A stretch of DNA of 60,800 bases from a virus. Its lineage: Duplodnaviria > Caudoviricetes. A model generated the notes under the pieces. That model was not told the DNA's origin and searched no databases. It saw only the letters and a program-made list of their open reading frames with translations. Shown here in pieces: positions 8,801 through 18,055 of this stretch. A program made the position numbers and the translations under genes. Every line of letters starts with the position of its first letter. The first letter of the stretch is position 1. The stretch covers positions 1-60,800 of IMG/VR virus record IMGVR_UViG_3300038400_000021. One strand, 5' to 3'.

Positions 8801-11187
8801 TCGAGTCGCATGCCGCGCTGTTCAAGTTCTGGCAGCGTTAGTTCGTCGATGGTCTTGGCGTTTCTTCGATTGACCGCCGCCACGACCGACGCCTCGCCTT
8901 CCGCGGCCGGACCGGCGGTGACAAACACGACTCGGCCGCCGTCGTGGTCGACGACGCGAGTCACCGTGTACTTGGTGTTGCGAGGAAGAAGGATCTCGCG
9001 CTCGGCGCCGAAGATCTCGGACGGGACGGGCGCCGCCGGGTACCCCTGAGGAACCAGAATACGAAGCTCTACTCCCTTGCGCACGCCCATCCCTTGCGCG
9101 TAGCTGTTTCCTACGTGTGGCATCGCCGACGTCGACCCGAACCCGCGATCGACGATCGAGTCACCGACGGCGACGTCGTTCCATTCTCTCGTGGATCGAG
9201 TCCCAGACACGCCACGATGGACCATCATGTCTCGTGGCGCCGGCGCGCTTGCGATACCGGCGTCGAGGACCGGGACAGCGTCTCGCAGCTCCGGCCTTCC
9301 GATTCCGGACAGCCCCTTGCCGGCTCGCAGCGGACCGTTGACGTGGCTGTATGCTCCGTTAGAGGTGTAGACCTGCATCGCCCGCTCGGCTTCGGGCGCC
9401 AGCGACTTCTGCCAAGATTTCGAGAACGCCTCGAACTCGTCTTCGTTTAACGTCGACGGCGCGCCCGCGCCCGACTCGATCCTCGCCCGTGCCTTTCCGG
9501 ACGCGAGTTCCTGCCGCCGCGCGACCGCTTCGTCCCACTGACGGGACAGCTCGACATACTCCTTCGATCCGGACTTGCCCTCCGCCGAAAGCGCGTCCAG
9601 TCGATCACCGATGCCCTTCTGGGCCGCCGCGACATCCTCGACAGTAGCGAGCGACCCGAAGTCGACCGCGGCTGGCTTTGTGGTCGACGTCCCCACCGGC
9701 ATCGGCGACAGTTCCGACGTGACGGACACCTGTGGCGGCTCGTGCGGGCCAGGCGTGCCGAGCGCACTCCGCTTGCCGGCCACCGTAAACTCGGCCGGTG
9801 TGCCCTCTGCGAGCTTCTTCTTGCCCACCGCGGTAACGTCGCCCGTTGCAGCCTCGACAACCGACGGCGGCCCTGGTGCCTTGACGTTGCCCGGGTCGTA
9901 GCCCCGCATTCCAGGCGGGCCCCACTCGGCAATGGGGACTGCTGGTCCAGTCGCCTGCCCGGTGGTCAGTTCGATCGACGACGGGTCGAGTCGACGGAGC
10001 ACATCCTCGAGCTCGGCGCGTGCCGCATCGTGCTCGGCCACGGCAGTTGACAGTTCCTGCTCTGCGGCTGGGTTCAGGGGCACGCGATCCGGCGTACCGG
10101 CCGTGATGTGGCCCATCGCCATCTCGGCGTTCGACTCGTGGACGATTCGGATCGCATCAGCGAGTTCCGCTGGCTTCGCGGCAGCGATATCTGCGTCGGT
10201 GAGCCCCAGCCCGTACAGTCCCTCGCGAGTCTGCTGGTCGATGGCAGGCGCGGCTGGCGTTTGGGGCGCAACAGGGGCGGCCTCGTACGCCGCCTTCGCC
10301 GCGTCGCGTACCTGGTCGCGTTCGACCGCTGCCGCCTGGTGCGTGGCGTCGATCTGCGGAGCCGCCTGCTCGGTCTCGACGACCGACAGTTTCGCGCGCT
10401 GCTTGGCGATCTGCGCCTGCTCGCGCATCGCCCTCGCCTCGGCCAGCTTCGCGCGCGCGATGTCCGCCGCCGCGTCGTTGGCGTCAAACGCGGCCTGCTG
10501 CGTCTGCTTCCATGCAGCCTCGGCCTCCATCGCGGCCTTGTCGGTACCGGCCGCGCGCGAGAACAGCCGCCGCGCCGCGATCGTGCCCTGCTCGATGCCC
10601 AACGCCGCAGCGCCGCCCGCCACGCCGAACGCGAACCCAGGCCCGAGCGATGCGGCCAGTCCCTCGGCCGACAATTCGCGATCGCTGAGCGCCGTGTCCG
10701 ACAGGTACATGCCGGCGTTCTGGACCGAGCCTTCGATGCCGCCGGCGACGAGCTGACGTGCGACGCCTTCAGCGCCACCAAGAGCACGACCTGCGGCGAC
10801 GGTATCGGCTGTGGCGTGCCCAACGAGGCCGGCGGGGCTGAGTCCGAGCAGCGAACCAGGCGCAGCGAGCGTTGGCGCGATGGCGCCGATGATCTGACCG
10901 GCGCCGCCCGCGATCGGGTGGGCCTCGCGCTCCGCGGAGAGGCGTTCGCCTTGGCCCTGGTTAAGGACCCCCTTGAGGAGATAGTCCGACCCGCCGAGGG
11001 TGATCCCGCTGAGAACTCCGGTCGCCGCGGCGTTGACGCCACCAAGGACGCCGCGGTCGGGCGACCCAGGCGAGGCGATCGCGGACGCTGCCCGGGCGCC
11101 CTCGACGGGCTCATAGCCGACGTAGTTGCCGACCTGCTCGTCGGGTACGTCAACAACCGCGCCGTTGGGTGAGCGGAGTAGCGGCAT
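5842..11187 (-). CDS. Giant internal virion/ejection polyvalent protein with ADP-ribosyltransferase, wHTH-like and GNAT domains
   Basis: 1781 aa Ala-rich; ART motifs VHRG, FGSTS, AEREILL; GNAT motif EPALQKQGVGT; third of three internal-protein genes after the nozzle. Confidence 0.8.
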   Translation of the reverse strand: MPLLRSPNGAVVDVPDEQVGNYVGYEPVEGARAASAIASPGSPDRGVLGGVNAAATGVLSGITLGGSDYLLKGVLNQGQGERLSAEREAHPIAGGAGQIIGAIAPTLAAPGSLLGLSPAGLVGHATADTVAAGRALGGAEGVARQLVAGGIEGSVQNAGMYLSDTALSDRELSAEGLAASLGPGFAFGVAGGAAALGIEQGTIAARRLFSRAAGTDKAAMEAEAAWKQTQQAAFDANDAAADIARAKLAEARAMREQAQIAKQRAKLSVVETEQAAPQIDATHQAAAVERDQVRDAAKAAYEAAPVAPQTPAAPAIDQQTREGLYGLGLTDADIAAAKPAELADAIRIVHESNAEMAMGHITAGTPDRVPLNPAAEQELSTAVAEHDAARAELEDVLRRLDPSSIELTTGQATGPAVPIAEWGPPGMRGYDPGNVKAPGPPSVVEAATGDVTAVGKKKLAEGTPAEFTVAGKRSALGTPGPHEPPQVSVTSELSPMPVGTSTTKPAAVDFGSLATVEDVAAAQKGIGDRLDALSAEGKSGSKEYVELSRQWDEAVARRQELASGKARARIESGAGAPSTLNEDEFEAFSKSWQKSLAPEAERAMQVYTSNGAYSHVNGPLRAGKGLSGIGRPELRDAVPVLDAGIASAPAPRDMMVHRGVSGTRSTREWNDVAVGDSIVDRGFGSTSAMPHVGNSYAQGMGVRKGVELRILVPQGYPAAPVPSEIFGAEREILLPRNTKYTVTRVVDHDGGRVVFVTAGPAAEGEASVVAAVNRRNAKTIDELTLPELEQRGMRLDDRRRELDRTEEGRKSAEIKSINDDLDRIDQRRKDIKSGKVQEPKPDEPPKAPNATAPTETPTGLESLLDMQRRAGQATHGAATNTLTGQLRSMESQLGAGADLKAMGAPARAEYAAAKAEKTAAASEHFRAQANAKNYAGSAMADEERAAFFANLTRPKTRDAYVAQNIGRAMKEEGSHAKALAKVEREWAEMAGPTKPDAAPATEPQSFASRFDQAFHEIDAKTGGHNYVKVSDLRKALPDMPREEFDKALYDLRKKKIWSMDSPDGRHVRLSKEEIEAGIPEGPIGNSGLQNRLTYVQRGEKYEPVAAPAAKQSAPTVEHIEAGGTKLKLTTETKPLVPGGKPRTTVTLTRTLSDGEEVTAGTAEFLHTSEGLYPEHINIEPALQKQGVGTKIYDSVEKSTGQKIVQSETQTPAGKAFRAARAEAHPLSVAKLEQAHEAAVERAAAATSPAEQVAAEREVHAIEQQLTAVGKRPGAVEDVAAVAQAATKYEKSSARLAEALGPDAPPAAQEAAKAFRAAEDAAERKTMDRTTRAIDDHVDSQGRPRTVVSESRKRSEAKMAAGSASTAVPVTPAPAASSRPSWEDLEAKYGKYAGQPALPPTAAQALEAAKAARGTADTALQRARLAEMEAKAGARQATDTAAAARASRAQAPTAAPTSTSSLGSVLTTIGVAGELGVPGIPHPHDIPVIGPFLGAYLKFRAIKAAAGRFVGRIPATGDARAAALVAKTKDKIAHAVDRTLGLVAETAPKVRGGMVATTTVLGHRLIDDGEPDAPKNANAQQLAAVRIREIANAVSRPDLVTQLVRKEMRGVADPDLIAAAEQHLMARFEALNKVMPKAPPPNPYSKREWVPSPAAAYDVAQRLSVVHDPTQVFVDPTPAKAQTASAVFPKLLEFAQQRLIERIGDAGKPVPYEQRLRGSLVFKIPLDDSLQPEHAAILATAHAPSPITDAAPAQAQPPAPSIAGNSNVTALYQTASDRRAMR

Positions 11188-13605
11188 CTACTGCGCCCTC
11201 CGCCTGTCATAGGCCTCGCGGTTCTTGCGGAAGAACTCCTCGTCCGAGGCTCGCTCGGCCCCCATCGTGCGCTCTCGGCGCTGTGCATCGAACTGGGCGC
11301 GCTCCTCCGGCGAGAGTTCGCTGAGCGTTCGCTGTGGCAGCGGCCCGGTCACCTGCGGCGGCGCGATTGACTGCGAGAGTTCGGCCCGCGTCGGTTCGGG
11401 CAATGCTGCCATCACGTCGGCGAACAGCTTCGGATCGGTGTCGCGCACGAGCTTGGCAATTCCTGTCGCGAGCGATGGCCGATCGCCCTGCAGCGGCGCC
11501 GCGATCTTGCTGACGATGTCGGCGTACTTTGCGTGGCTGACCTTCGCGGACTGCGAGACCAGTGCGCGGATCTTGTCGTCGGTCTCCGGCGCGAGTCCGT
11601 AGGCGCTTGACTCGCCCTTGGCGTTCTTGCGCGCCGCGGCCTCGTCGAGTGCTTCGTCCTGCGGCGCCTGGATCTTCTCGGCCGCGGCGTCGCCGAGCGG
11701 ATTCAACAGGTGCGTGAGTCCGCGCGAGATGATGCCGGGCTTCGCGTCGGCAGCGACCTCCTGCGCCGTCTTGCCCTCGGCCAGTTGGTCGGCCGGAGCT
11801 GCGGTAGCTGGATACCAAGTCGCTTTCACGCCCGTATTGCGGATCGCGACGTTGGCCTTCTGGACCAGCTCGTCGTTGAGGATCTTGAGCGAGGCGAGTG
11901 CCTTGCTCTTGTCCGCGAAGCGCGACAGCATGCTGTCGGTGTCGATGCTGAGAACGTCGTCGAGCGCCTCGAGCGCACGCACCGACAGTCGCTCGCCGAT
12001 CGTCGACGCGTAGTTGATCTTGACGTTCTGGAGCCCGACCTTGGCCTTCGCCCACCGTTCGCGGTCGAACGAACTCGGGTCTCCGCTGAGCAGTTCCTTG
12101 GCGCTGTCGATGTCGTTGACGAGGTTCTGCGTCATTCCGACGACCTTCTGCGCGGCTTCGGCGCCGCCCTTGTTGAGCGCGAGCGCGACGTCGTTGACCT
12201 GCGCGCTGTCGCGTAGCTGCTGGGCGTACGCGTTCAGCTTCTGCGCCTGCGCTGGGTCCTTTGCTGCGCGTGCCGCTGCCTCAGCCTTGTCCGCGTCGGC
12301 GAGCTTCTTCTGCCCCTCGGGCGTGAGCATCAGATTGCCGGTCGCCGGGTCAACGATGCCCTGCTCGCTTATCTGCTTGGCGACCGCGTCCTTCGCGACG
12401 CCCTTCGCCGTGGCGATCTTCGTCGCGATCTCGTCGACCTCCTTCTGCTTCTGGAACTCCAGCTGCTGATCGAATCGCTTCTGCTCGAGATCCTGACCGC
12501 GGCGCTGCGTCGCATTCGACATCTGCGCGATCTGCAGCGTCTGCTTGCGCGCGAGTTCTGCGTCGCGCTGTGTCTGCCAGCGGTTCTGCGCCGTCGAGAC
12601 GGTCTCGGCGGCTTTCTGCTGAAGGCCCGCGAGCGCCACGTCGGCATTCGCGCGCACGACGTCGCTCGTGGTCTGCTGCTTGATCGTTTCGACCTGCCGC
12701 TTGGCCTGCTCGATGTACCCGAGCCGGTACGCGTCCATCTCGGTCAGTCGGTCCTGCCCTGCCTGTCGTGCCATCCCGAGCGCATCGCGCTGTGTGGCCA
12801 GCCCCTGACGCTTGATGTCCAGGTCCTGCATCTGGCCAGCGACCTTGCGATCGATCGCCTTGTAGAGCGCATCGAGGCCCGGGTTCGTCAGGGCGCCGCC
12901 GTTCTGCTTCTGCATCATCGCGCCGCCGATCGCGCCGAGTGCCACGCCGATCGCCGCGAGGATTGGATGGTCGACGCTGCGATCGATCTTCGTGTCGGCG
13001 ATCGCCTTGGCGTCCCGGAAATACGCCTCGGTCCGCGCCTGCATATCGCGCGCGTTGTCCTCGGCCGCCTTGCGGCGCGCCTCGAGCAGCCGACTGGCCT
13101 CCTGCTCCGATGCCGCCATCGCGGCGCCGACCTTGTCGGCCTGACTCGCGAGCGCCGCGCCCTGGCGCTGCGTGGCCGCCGCCTGCGCATCGTTCGCGGC
13201 GAGCTCGGCGTTGAGGCCGCCGGCTACGCCCATCTTGGCGAGCTGCTCGTTCGTGACCGGAGCGCGCGCTGGTGTGTTCGGCGGCCCCGCATCCGAGGCC
13301 TGCGTGGGCGACTCGACCGGTCCGAGTGGCGCTTGCGTCCCCGACGGCGCGACTTGGCTCGGTGACGTCACGGGCGCCGCTGCCGCGGTGTCTGGAGGCG
13401 GCGCAGTACGCTGTGCGATGTCCGCCTGGTCTGCAGGCGTCGACACGGGCGGGGGCGGCGCAACGGGGAGTGCGGGTGGCTGTGCGACCTCTGGCGGCGC
13501 CGGCGGCTTGAGCCCGGGGAACTGCTGGGCCAACTGCTGCGGCAGCGTGATCGTCCGCCCATCAGGCGTGACGAACTGCCCCATTGTATCCCCGAAAAGC
13601 GCCAT
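11188..13605 (-). CDS. Internal virion (ejection) protein, 805 aa
   Basis: Ala/Gln coiled coil with one hydrophobic segment; position in operon. Confidence 0.65.
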   Translation of the reverse strand: MALFGDTMGQFVTPDGRTITLPQQLAQQFPGLKPPAPPEVAQPPALPVAPPPPVSTPADQADIAQRTAPPPDTAAAAPVTSPSQVAPSGTQAPLGPVESPTQASDAGPPNTPARAPVTNEQLAKMGVAGGLNAELAANDAQAAATQRQGAALASQADKVGAAMAASEQEASRLLEARRKAAEDNARDMQARTEAYFRDAKAIADTKIDRSVDHPILAAIGVALGAIGGAMMQKQNGGALTNPGLDALYKAIDRKVAGQMQDLDIKRQGLATQRDALGMARQAGQDRLTEMDAYRLGYIEQAKRQVETIKQQTTSDVVRANADVALAGLQQKAAETVSTAQNRWQTQRDAELARKQTLQIAQMSNATQRRGQDLEQKRFDQQLEFQKQKEVDEIATKIATAKGVAKDAVAKQISEQGIVDPATGNLMLTPEGQKKLADADKAEAAARAAKDPAQAQKLNAYAQQLRDSAQVNDVALALNKGGAEAAQKVVGMTQNLVNDIDSAKELLSGDPSSFDRERWAKAKVGLQNVKINYASTIGERLSVRALEALDDVLSIDTDSMLSRFADKSKALASLKILNDELVQKANVAIRNTGVKATWYPATAAPADQLAEGKTAQEVAADAKPGIISRGLTHLLNPLGDAAAEKIQAPQDEALDEAAARKNAKGESSAYGLAPETDDKIRALVSQSAKVSHAKYADIVSKIAAPLQGDRPSLATGIAKLVRDTDPKLFADVMAALPEPTRAELSQSIAPPQVTGPLPQRTLSELSPEERAQFDAQRRERTMGAERASDEEFFRKNREAYDRRRAQ

Positions 13606-14636
13606 CAGAACACCGGCCTCCGATACGGCGCGAGCGGGTCGTCGTAGGACGGCAGGGTGATCGGCCCGTTGACCGCTGGAGCCGGCGCCTGACCTCCGCC
13701 GCCCTGAGAAAGCGCCGACGACGCCCCGCCAGTGGCATACGCGCCCGCGACCTGCGCTCCGCCCGCGATGAGCCCGGGCAGGATGCCCTTGTCGCCGGCC
13801 GCGATCTGCGCGCGCTGGATCTGCGCGTTGATGGTCGCCTGATCCCAGCCGAGCATCTGGCCTAGCGCCTGGATCTGCTGCTGGTCGTTCATGCCGGTCT
13901 GCGCGAGTTGCGCCTGCAGGTTCGCGATCGCCGTCGCGTTGCCGGCCTGCGCGTTCGCCAGCGTTGTCTGCTGGTCCATCGCGCCCTGCTGGAGCATCGC
14001 CTGCTGGCTGAGCTGTGCGTTCTGGCCGGCCTGTGTGACGTCGCTGCCCAGGAGCGTGCCGTACGCCTGCCCCAGCTGCTGATTCGCGGCCTGCTGGTCG
14101 GCCATCTGCGCCTGCGCCGCCATCCCCGCGCCGGCCAGCCCGTTGTCCATCGTGTTGCGCGCGGCGGTGCGGTACGCGAGCGCCGAACCAGGACCGCGCG
14201 CCATCCTCGCCATGGCCTGCTGCGCGGCGTTCGCCTGGCCCAGCTGGCGATTCACGGCGAGTTCGCCCGCGCCTGCCTGCTGCCCCGTGGCGACGCCCTG
14301 GAGTCGGTTCGCGACGCCGAGCATGCCACCGCGCGACTGGTCGATCTGCGCGGTGCCGAGCTGCGACGGCGCCCCCAGCTGAACACGACCCGCGTTCACC
14401 GCCTGCGCGGTCGGGGCGGCGCGTCCCGCAGCGCCCTGCGCCATCTGGCCCAGCTGCGTTGTCGCTTGGTCGTAGTGCTGCAGCCGCGGATCGATGCTCT
14501 TGGTGGCATCGCCGCCGAACAGCAGATTCTTCGTGTAGTCGGAGCCGGCCGCGGCGTCGAGCGCAGTGCGTCCGCCGCCCAGTTCCGACATTCCGCCGGT
14601 GGCGATTCCGAGTCCGATGCGTCCCCAGTCGACCAT
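13605..14636 (-). CDS. Internal virion/pilot protein (Gln/Ala/Gly-rich)
   Basis: Start MVDWGRIG by TAATG overlap; composition typical of podoviral ejection proteins. Confidence 0.65.
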   Translation of the reverse strand: MVDWGRIGLGIATGGMSELGGGRTALDAAAGSDYTKNLLFGGDATKSIDPRLQHYDQATTQLGQMAQGAAGRAAPTAQAVNAGRVQLGAPSQLGTAQIDQSRGGMLGVANRLQGVATGQQAGAGELAVNRQLGQANAAQQAMARMARGPGSALAYRTAARNTMDNGLAGAGMAAQAQMADQQAANQQLGQAYGTLLGSDVTQAGQNAQLSQQAMLQQGAMDQQTTLANAQAGNATAIANLQAQLAQTGMNDQQQIQALGQMLGWDQATINAQIQRAQIAAGDKGILPGLIAGGAQVAGAYATGGASSALSQGGGGQAPAPAVNGPITLPSYDDPLAPYRRPVF

Positions 14637-17600
14637 TAGAGGCTCCTTGAAGTCGTGAATGGCTTGATGGCGTTCGCCTTGACCCCGCCGGTCAAAATGA
14701 GTTCGGTCAGTTCGAACGAGGCATCCGCGAAGCCCTCGGCCTCGAAGTCCTCGAAGCGGAACTGGATCGCCTGGCCTGCCTCGTCGAGGTGTAGTCGCCA
14801 CTCGTAGAGGCCCGGCGCGGTACCGCCGTAGTTGCCGTCGCCGTAGTTGCCGTCGCCGTAGTTCGTGCCGGTGATGGGCTCGAGGCCGATCGTTGCGGCA
14901 TTTGCCCCGGTGATCCATCCGGTGCTCGACGAGAGCCCGGTCGCGTCGTACCAGTAGCTATCCGTCCAGCCCGGCGTGTAGTCGGTCTGGTACTGGATGC
15001 CCAGCTGATGCGGCGACACCCACGTGCCGAGCAGGATGAGGTGCCAGATCCGCTGAAACCCGGCCAGTTGCGGCAGCATGTGGATCCACGCGGTCTCGAG
15101 CCGTAGCCGGATCCGCGCGTTGTCGTCGAGGTACACGCCGGGCGTCTCGCGGAACACGCGGCCGTCGGTTCGAAGATAGTGATACTGGCCATTCACCACT
15201 GCGGCGTCGAGGCCCTCGTGGTTCGTGAAGGTCGACCACTGCTGGTGATAGTGGTCGTAGAGCAGCGAGAGTCCCGAGTCGGTCAGGAACACGATCTGCG
15301 TGCGATCCGGCATGACCGTCGCGCGCCGCACCGTCTGGGTGTTGTACGCCTCGACGTTGGCGCCGACGTACGAGACCGAGCCGTCGCGCGCGAGCAGATA
15401 GATGCCCTTCGCGCTCTTGAACATGTGCCCGTTAGGCGTCAGAACGATCGACGATGGATCGGTGCAGCCGACGTCCGACGTGATGAGCTGCGGCGTCGAG
15501 AACCCGCTCGTTGAGGTGTCGCCGTTCGGCGCCGGGCCATCGCCCTGGAACAGGAAGATGCTCGACGCCTTCCAGATCACACCGCGCCCGTCCTGGAACG
15601 CGCCGGCCGTGATGTCGCCGCCGAACGGGTCGACGCCGATCGCGAGGTCGGGCGGGATCTCGAGGCCGTATCCTGGATCGAGCGGTTGCGAGTAGCGCAG
15701 CGTGAGCCCGTCGCTCGGGTCGGTGAAGAACAGCCTGCTCTGACCGCGGAACACGACCGAGCCGAGCGCCGACGGGTCGTTGCTCAGGATGCCGCCGTTC
15801 GTGTAGAGCGGCTCCTGCGTGCGCAGCGTCGCGTCGCTCATCCGGTCGATGAACGAGACGGTGTCGACGCTCGTCGAGTTCGCGACGTAACCGTTCGCCG
15901 TCCCCGCCGTGGTCGGGTCGAGCGAAGTGACGCGGAACAGCTCGGCCGTGTCGCCGGTGTCGGCCGCGAGCGACCGAGCCACGCAGATGCGCGTGTTCGT
16001 GCCCTGCGTGACCCGCAGCGTCGGTAGCGTCAGCGTGACCTGCGTGTCGCCGCCACCCATCGTGACCAGCGTGCCGATGCTGACCGGTCCGCGATGCACC
16101 TCGCCCTGGAAGTCGGTGCGCTCGTACCAGGCTCGGTAGAGATACGTCGTGCCCGACGTTAGCGACCCTCCGCCTGCGTTGACCGTGACGATCAGCTCGG
16201 GCCCGAAGTGGAACCCCTGCTCGGTCCACTGCCGGCCGTCGTAGTGCTGCGGACACGCGCCGGCGAGATAGAGCCCCGCGCCGATCTGCGCGTACTGGTG
16301 CGAAGCGTCGTTGTCGAAGTCGAGCGTGAACAGTCGGATTCCGGTCTCGCGAAACTTGTCGTTGTTCTCGCTGACCAGCCGCTCTCGGAACGGCAGCGCG
16401 ACCGTCGCGACGCTGCCGACAACGGGTGCCGATGACAGATGCCTGCGCGGTGGCGCGCCTGCTGCCTCGGCTGGCGCGTGGCGACCGACCGAGATGCCGT
16501 CCCTGAGTCGCAGCGTGACGTACGTGTTGAAGTACGTGGTGTCGTGGACGAACGTCGCGAACGCCTCTCCGTCGATCACAAATGCTCGGCTCGCGAGTCC
16601 GACCGAGCGGATCGTCAGCGACGTGAGGGAGCCGTCGAACAGGCGCGTCGCGGTGAATCGGTTGGAGGCTGCAGCCGCGGCCTCTTCCCATGCGGTTGCC
16701 GTCGTCGTGGCATTCACGATCGCGAACGCCACGCGCTGGATGCTGGTGCCGCTGTAGACCGATCCAGCCGTGGACGCGCTGAGCGGCGTCGACGGGCCGC
16801 CGCCATTGAACAGCGCGAACGAGCCGGCCTGCGCCGTGCTCACGAACGCGATACCGATCACGTCGGCGTTCGCTCCGTCCACGTCGAGGAACGCGACCGC
16901 GAGTGGCGTGCTGGCGATTCGAACCGCGGCATAAGTCAGGACCGACGGGTGGCCGCTGGCCGGACTGCCAAGAACGCCCGACTGCTCGACGTAGCCGAGG
17001 CGGATGTTTGTGGTGCCGTTCTCGAACCAGGTGATCGCCGCAGGCGTGGCGCTGCGTCCGGTCGGGCAGACGTCGTACACTGGGTCGGCGCTGCTCAGGT
17101 CGTCGGTGAGAATGACCGGCGAGACCGCCGCGCTCGGCGCCGCGGGGTTGACGACGATCACGTAGATCCGGCTCGATGCCGAGACGGCGTAGTAGATGTG
17201 CAGGTTCGCCCCGCACGGCACACAGCGCGGAGAGATGCCGCTCGCATCGGCCTGTGTCGCAGCGCGGTAGATGCGCCCGCTCGTGGCGTCCTCGACGGAC
17301 CACCACACGCCGCCGTTTGAGTCCTCCCACGCGGCGACGGTGACGCCGCTGAGCGTGGCGTGGTCGGGCTGCAGCTGCTGTGTGCCCGTCTTGACCAGCG
17401 GGCGGTCGCTGCCGACGACGCTGTAGACGGCGCCGGTGTCGCTCAGCTGGTCGGTGCCGGTCTGACGCGAGTAGCAGCGGTTGGCCGTGAACTCGAGCAA
17501 CTCGCCCGGCTCACGAACGGCCATGCGGATTCGGTCAGTGACGACCGACGCGGAGCCGTCGACGACGGACGAGAGAGACTCGTAGCCGTTCCGCTTCTTG

Positions 17601-17731
17601 ATTGAAGTGGCGCGCGAAAAAACGCCGTTCTCGAGAACGAGCAGCTGCGTCGGCGGAACGGCCTTCGGATCCGAGCGAGTTTCCACACCGCCGCGAAACG
17701 GCACATGAACTTCAACCGGCCGTAGCGCCAT
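14636..17731 (-). CDS. Tail nozzle / tubular protein B-like (P22 gp10/T7 gp12-like)
   Basis: 1031 aa beta-rich; LENGVF..ATSIKKRNG N-terminus; SDVGC..P.SIV; RLFF. Confidence 0.7.
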   Translation of the reverse strand: MALRPVEVHVPFRGGVETRSDPKAVPPTQLLVLENGVFSRATSIKKRNGYESLSSVVDGSASVVTDRIRMAVREPGELLEFTANRCYSRQTGTDQLSDTGAVYSVVGSDRPLVKTGTQQLQPDHATLSGVTVAAWEDSNGGVWWSVEDATSGRIYRAATQADASGISPRCVPCGANLHIYYAVSASSRIYVIVVNPAAPSAAVSPVILTDDLSSADPVYDVCPTGRSATPAAITWFENGTTNIRLGYVEQSGVLGSPASGHPSVLTYAAVRIASTPLAVAFLDVDGANADVIGIAFVSTAQAGSFALFNGGGPSTPLSASTAGSVYSGTSIQRVAFAIVNATTTATAWEEAAAAASNRFTATRLFDGSLTSLTIRSVGLASRAFVIDGEAFATFVHDTTYFNTYVTLRLRDGISVGRHAPAEAAGAPPRRHLSSAPVVGSVATVALPFRERLVSENNDKFRETGIRLFTLDFDNDASHQYAQIGAGLYLAGACPQHYDGRQWTEQGFHFGPELIVTVNAGGGSLTSGTTYLYRAWYERTDFQGEVHRGPVSIGTLVTMGGGDTQVTLTLPTLRVTQGTNTRICVARSLAADTGDTAELFRVTSLDPTTAGTANGYVANSTSVDTVSFIDRMSDATLRTQEPLYTNGGILSNDPSALGSVVFRGQSRLFFTDPSDGLTLRYSQPLDPGYGLEIPPDLAIGVDPFGGDITAGAFQDGRGVIWKASSIFLFQGDGPAPNGDTSTSGFSTPQLITSDVGCTDPSSIVLTPNGHMFKSAKGIYLLARDGSVSYVGANVEAYNTQTVRRATVMPDRTQIVFLTDSGLSLLYDHYHQQWSTFTNHEGLDAAVVNGQYHYLRTDGRVFRETPGVYLDDNARIRLRLETAWIHMLPQLAGFQRIWHLILLGTWVSPHQLGIQYQTDYTPGWTDSYWYDATGLSSSTGWITGANAATIGLEPITGTNYGDGNYGDGNYGGTAPGLYEWRLHLDEAGQAIQFRFEDFEAEGFADASFELTELILTGGVKANAIKPFTTSRSL

Positions 17732-17757
17732 GCGGCACCCCCGATCGAACGTTCAGG

Positions 17758-17792
17758 TTGCGCGCGGGGCGAGGACGACTCAGTGTAGGTGC
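17758..17792 (+). promoter_or_regulatory. Leaderless sigma70-type promoter TTGCGC-17-CAGTGT-6-ATG
   Basis: Same geometry as the other phage promoters. Confidence 0.55.
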
Positions 17793-18053
17793 ATGCTGAG
17801 AGCGTTGATGGCTGCGGTGTTGCTGGTTGGGTGTGCTACGTCGGACGGAGAGAGCGAAGTCGATGCAGCGGTCAAGTCGTGCCACGCGAGCGCACGGGAT
17901 GCCTGCGAACGGATAGGGTACAGCAACAACGAGACGTGCCTCCTCGCGTTCGCGCAGGACTGCTCGCCAGAAGACGAGGCCGCAGCCAGTGCCGTGTGCC
18001 GCGCAGCCGATGGCCTGCCGCCCGGCGCCGAGTGCCGGCTCACGTGGCGGTGA
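17793..18053 (+). CDS. Cys-rich lipoprotein moron (86 aa), antisense within the tail operon
   Basis: MLRALMAAVLLVGC lipobox plus 6 further Cys; fills the gap between two minus-strand genes. Confidence 0.75.
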   Translation: MLRALMAAVLLVGCATSDGESEVDAAVKSCHASARDACERIGYSNNETCLLAFAQDCSPEDEAAASAVCRAADGLPPGAECRLTWR

Positions 18054-18055
18054 CA

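Noticed and set aside
14825-14863. 15-nt tandem repeat GCCGTAGTTGCCGTC
   Set aside because: Encodes NYGDG peptide repeats within the tail protein; not CRISPR or regulatory
15432-17330. 632-aa Arg-rich same-strand alternative-frame ORF in the nozzle gene
   Set aside because: Arg/Gly/Ala-rich composition expected from off-frame GC-rich codons, unlike the motif-bearing MTase beta frame
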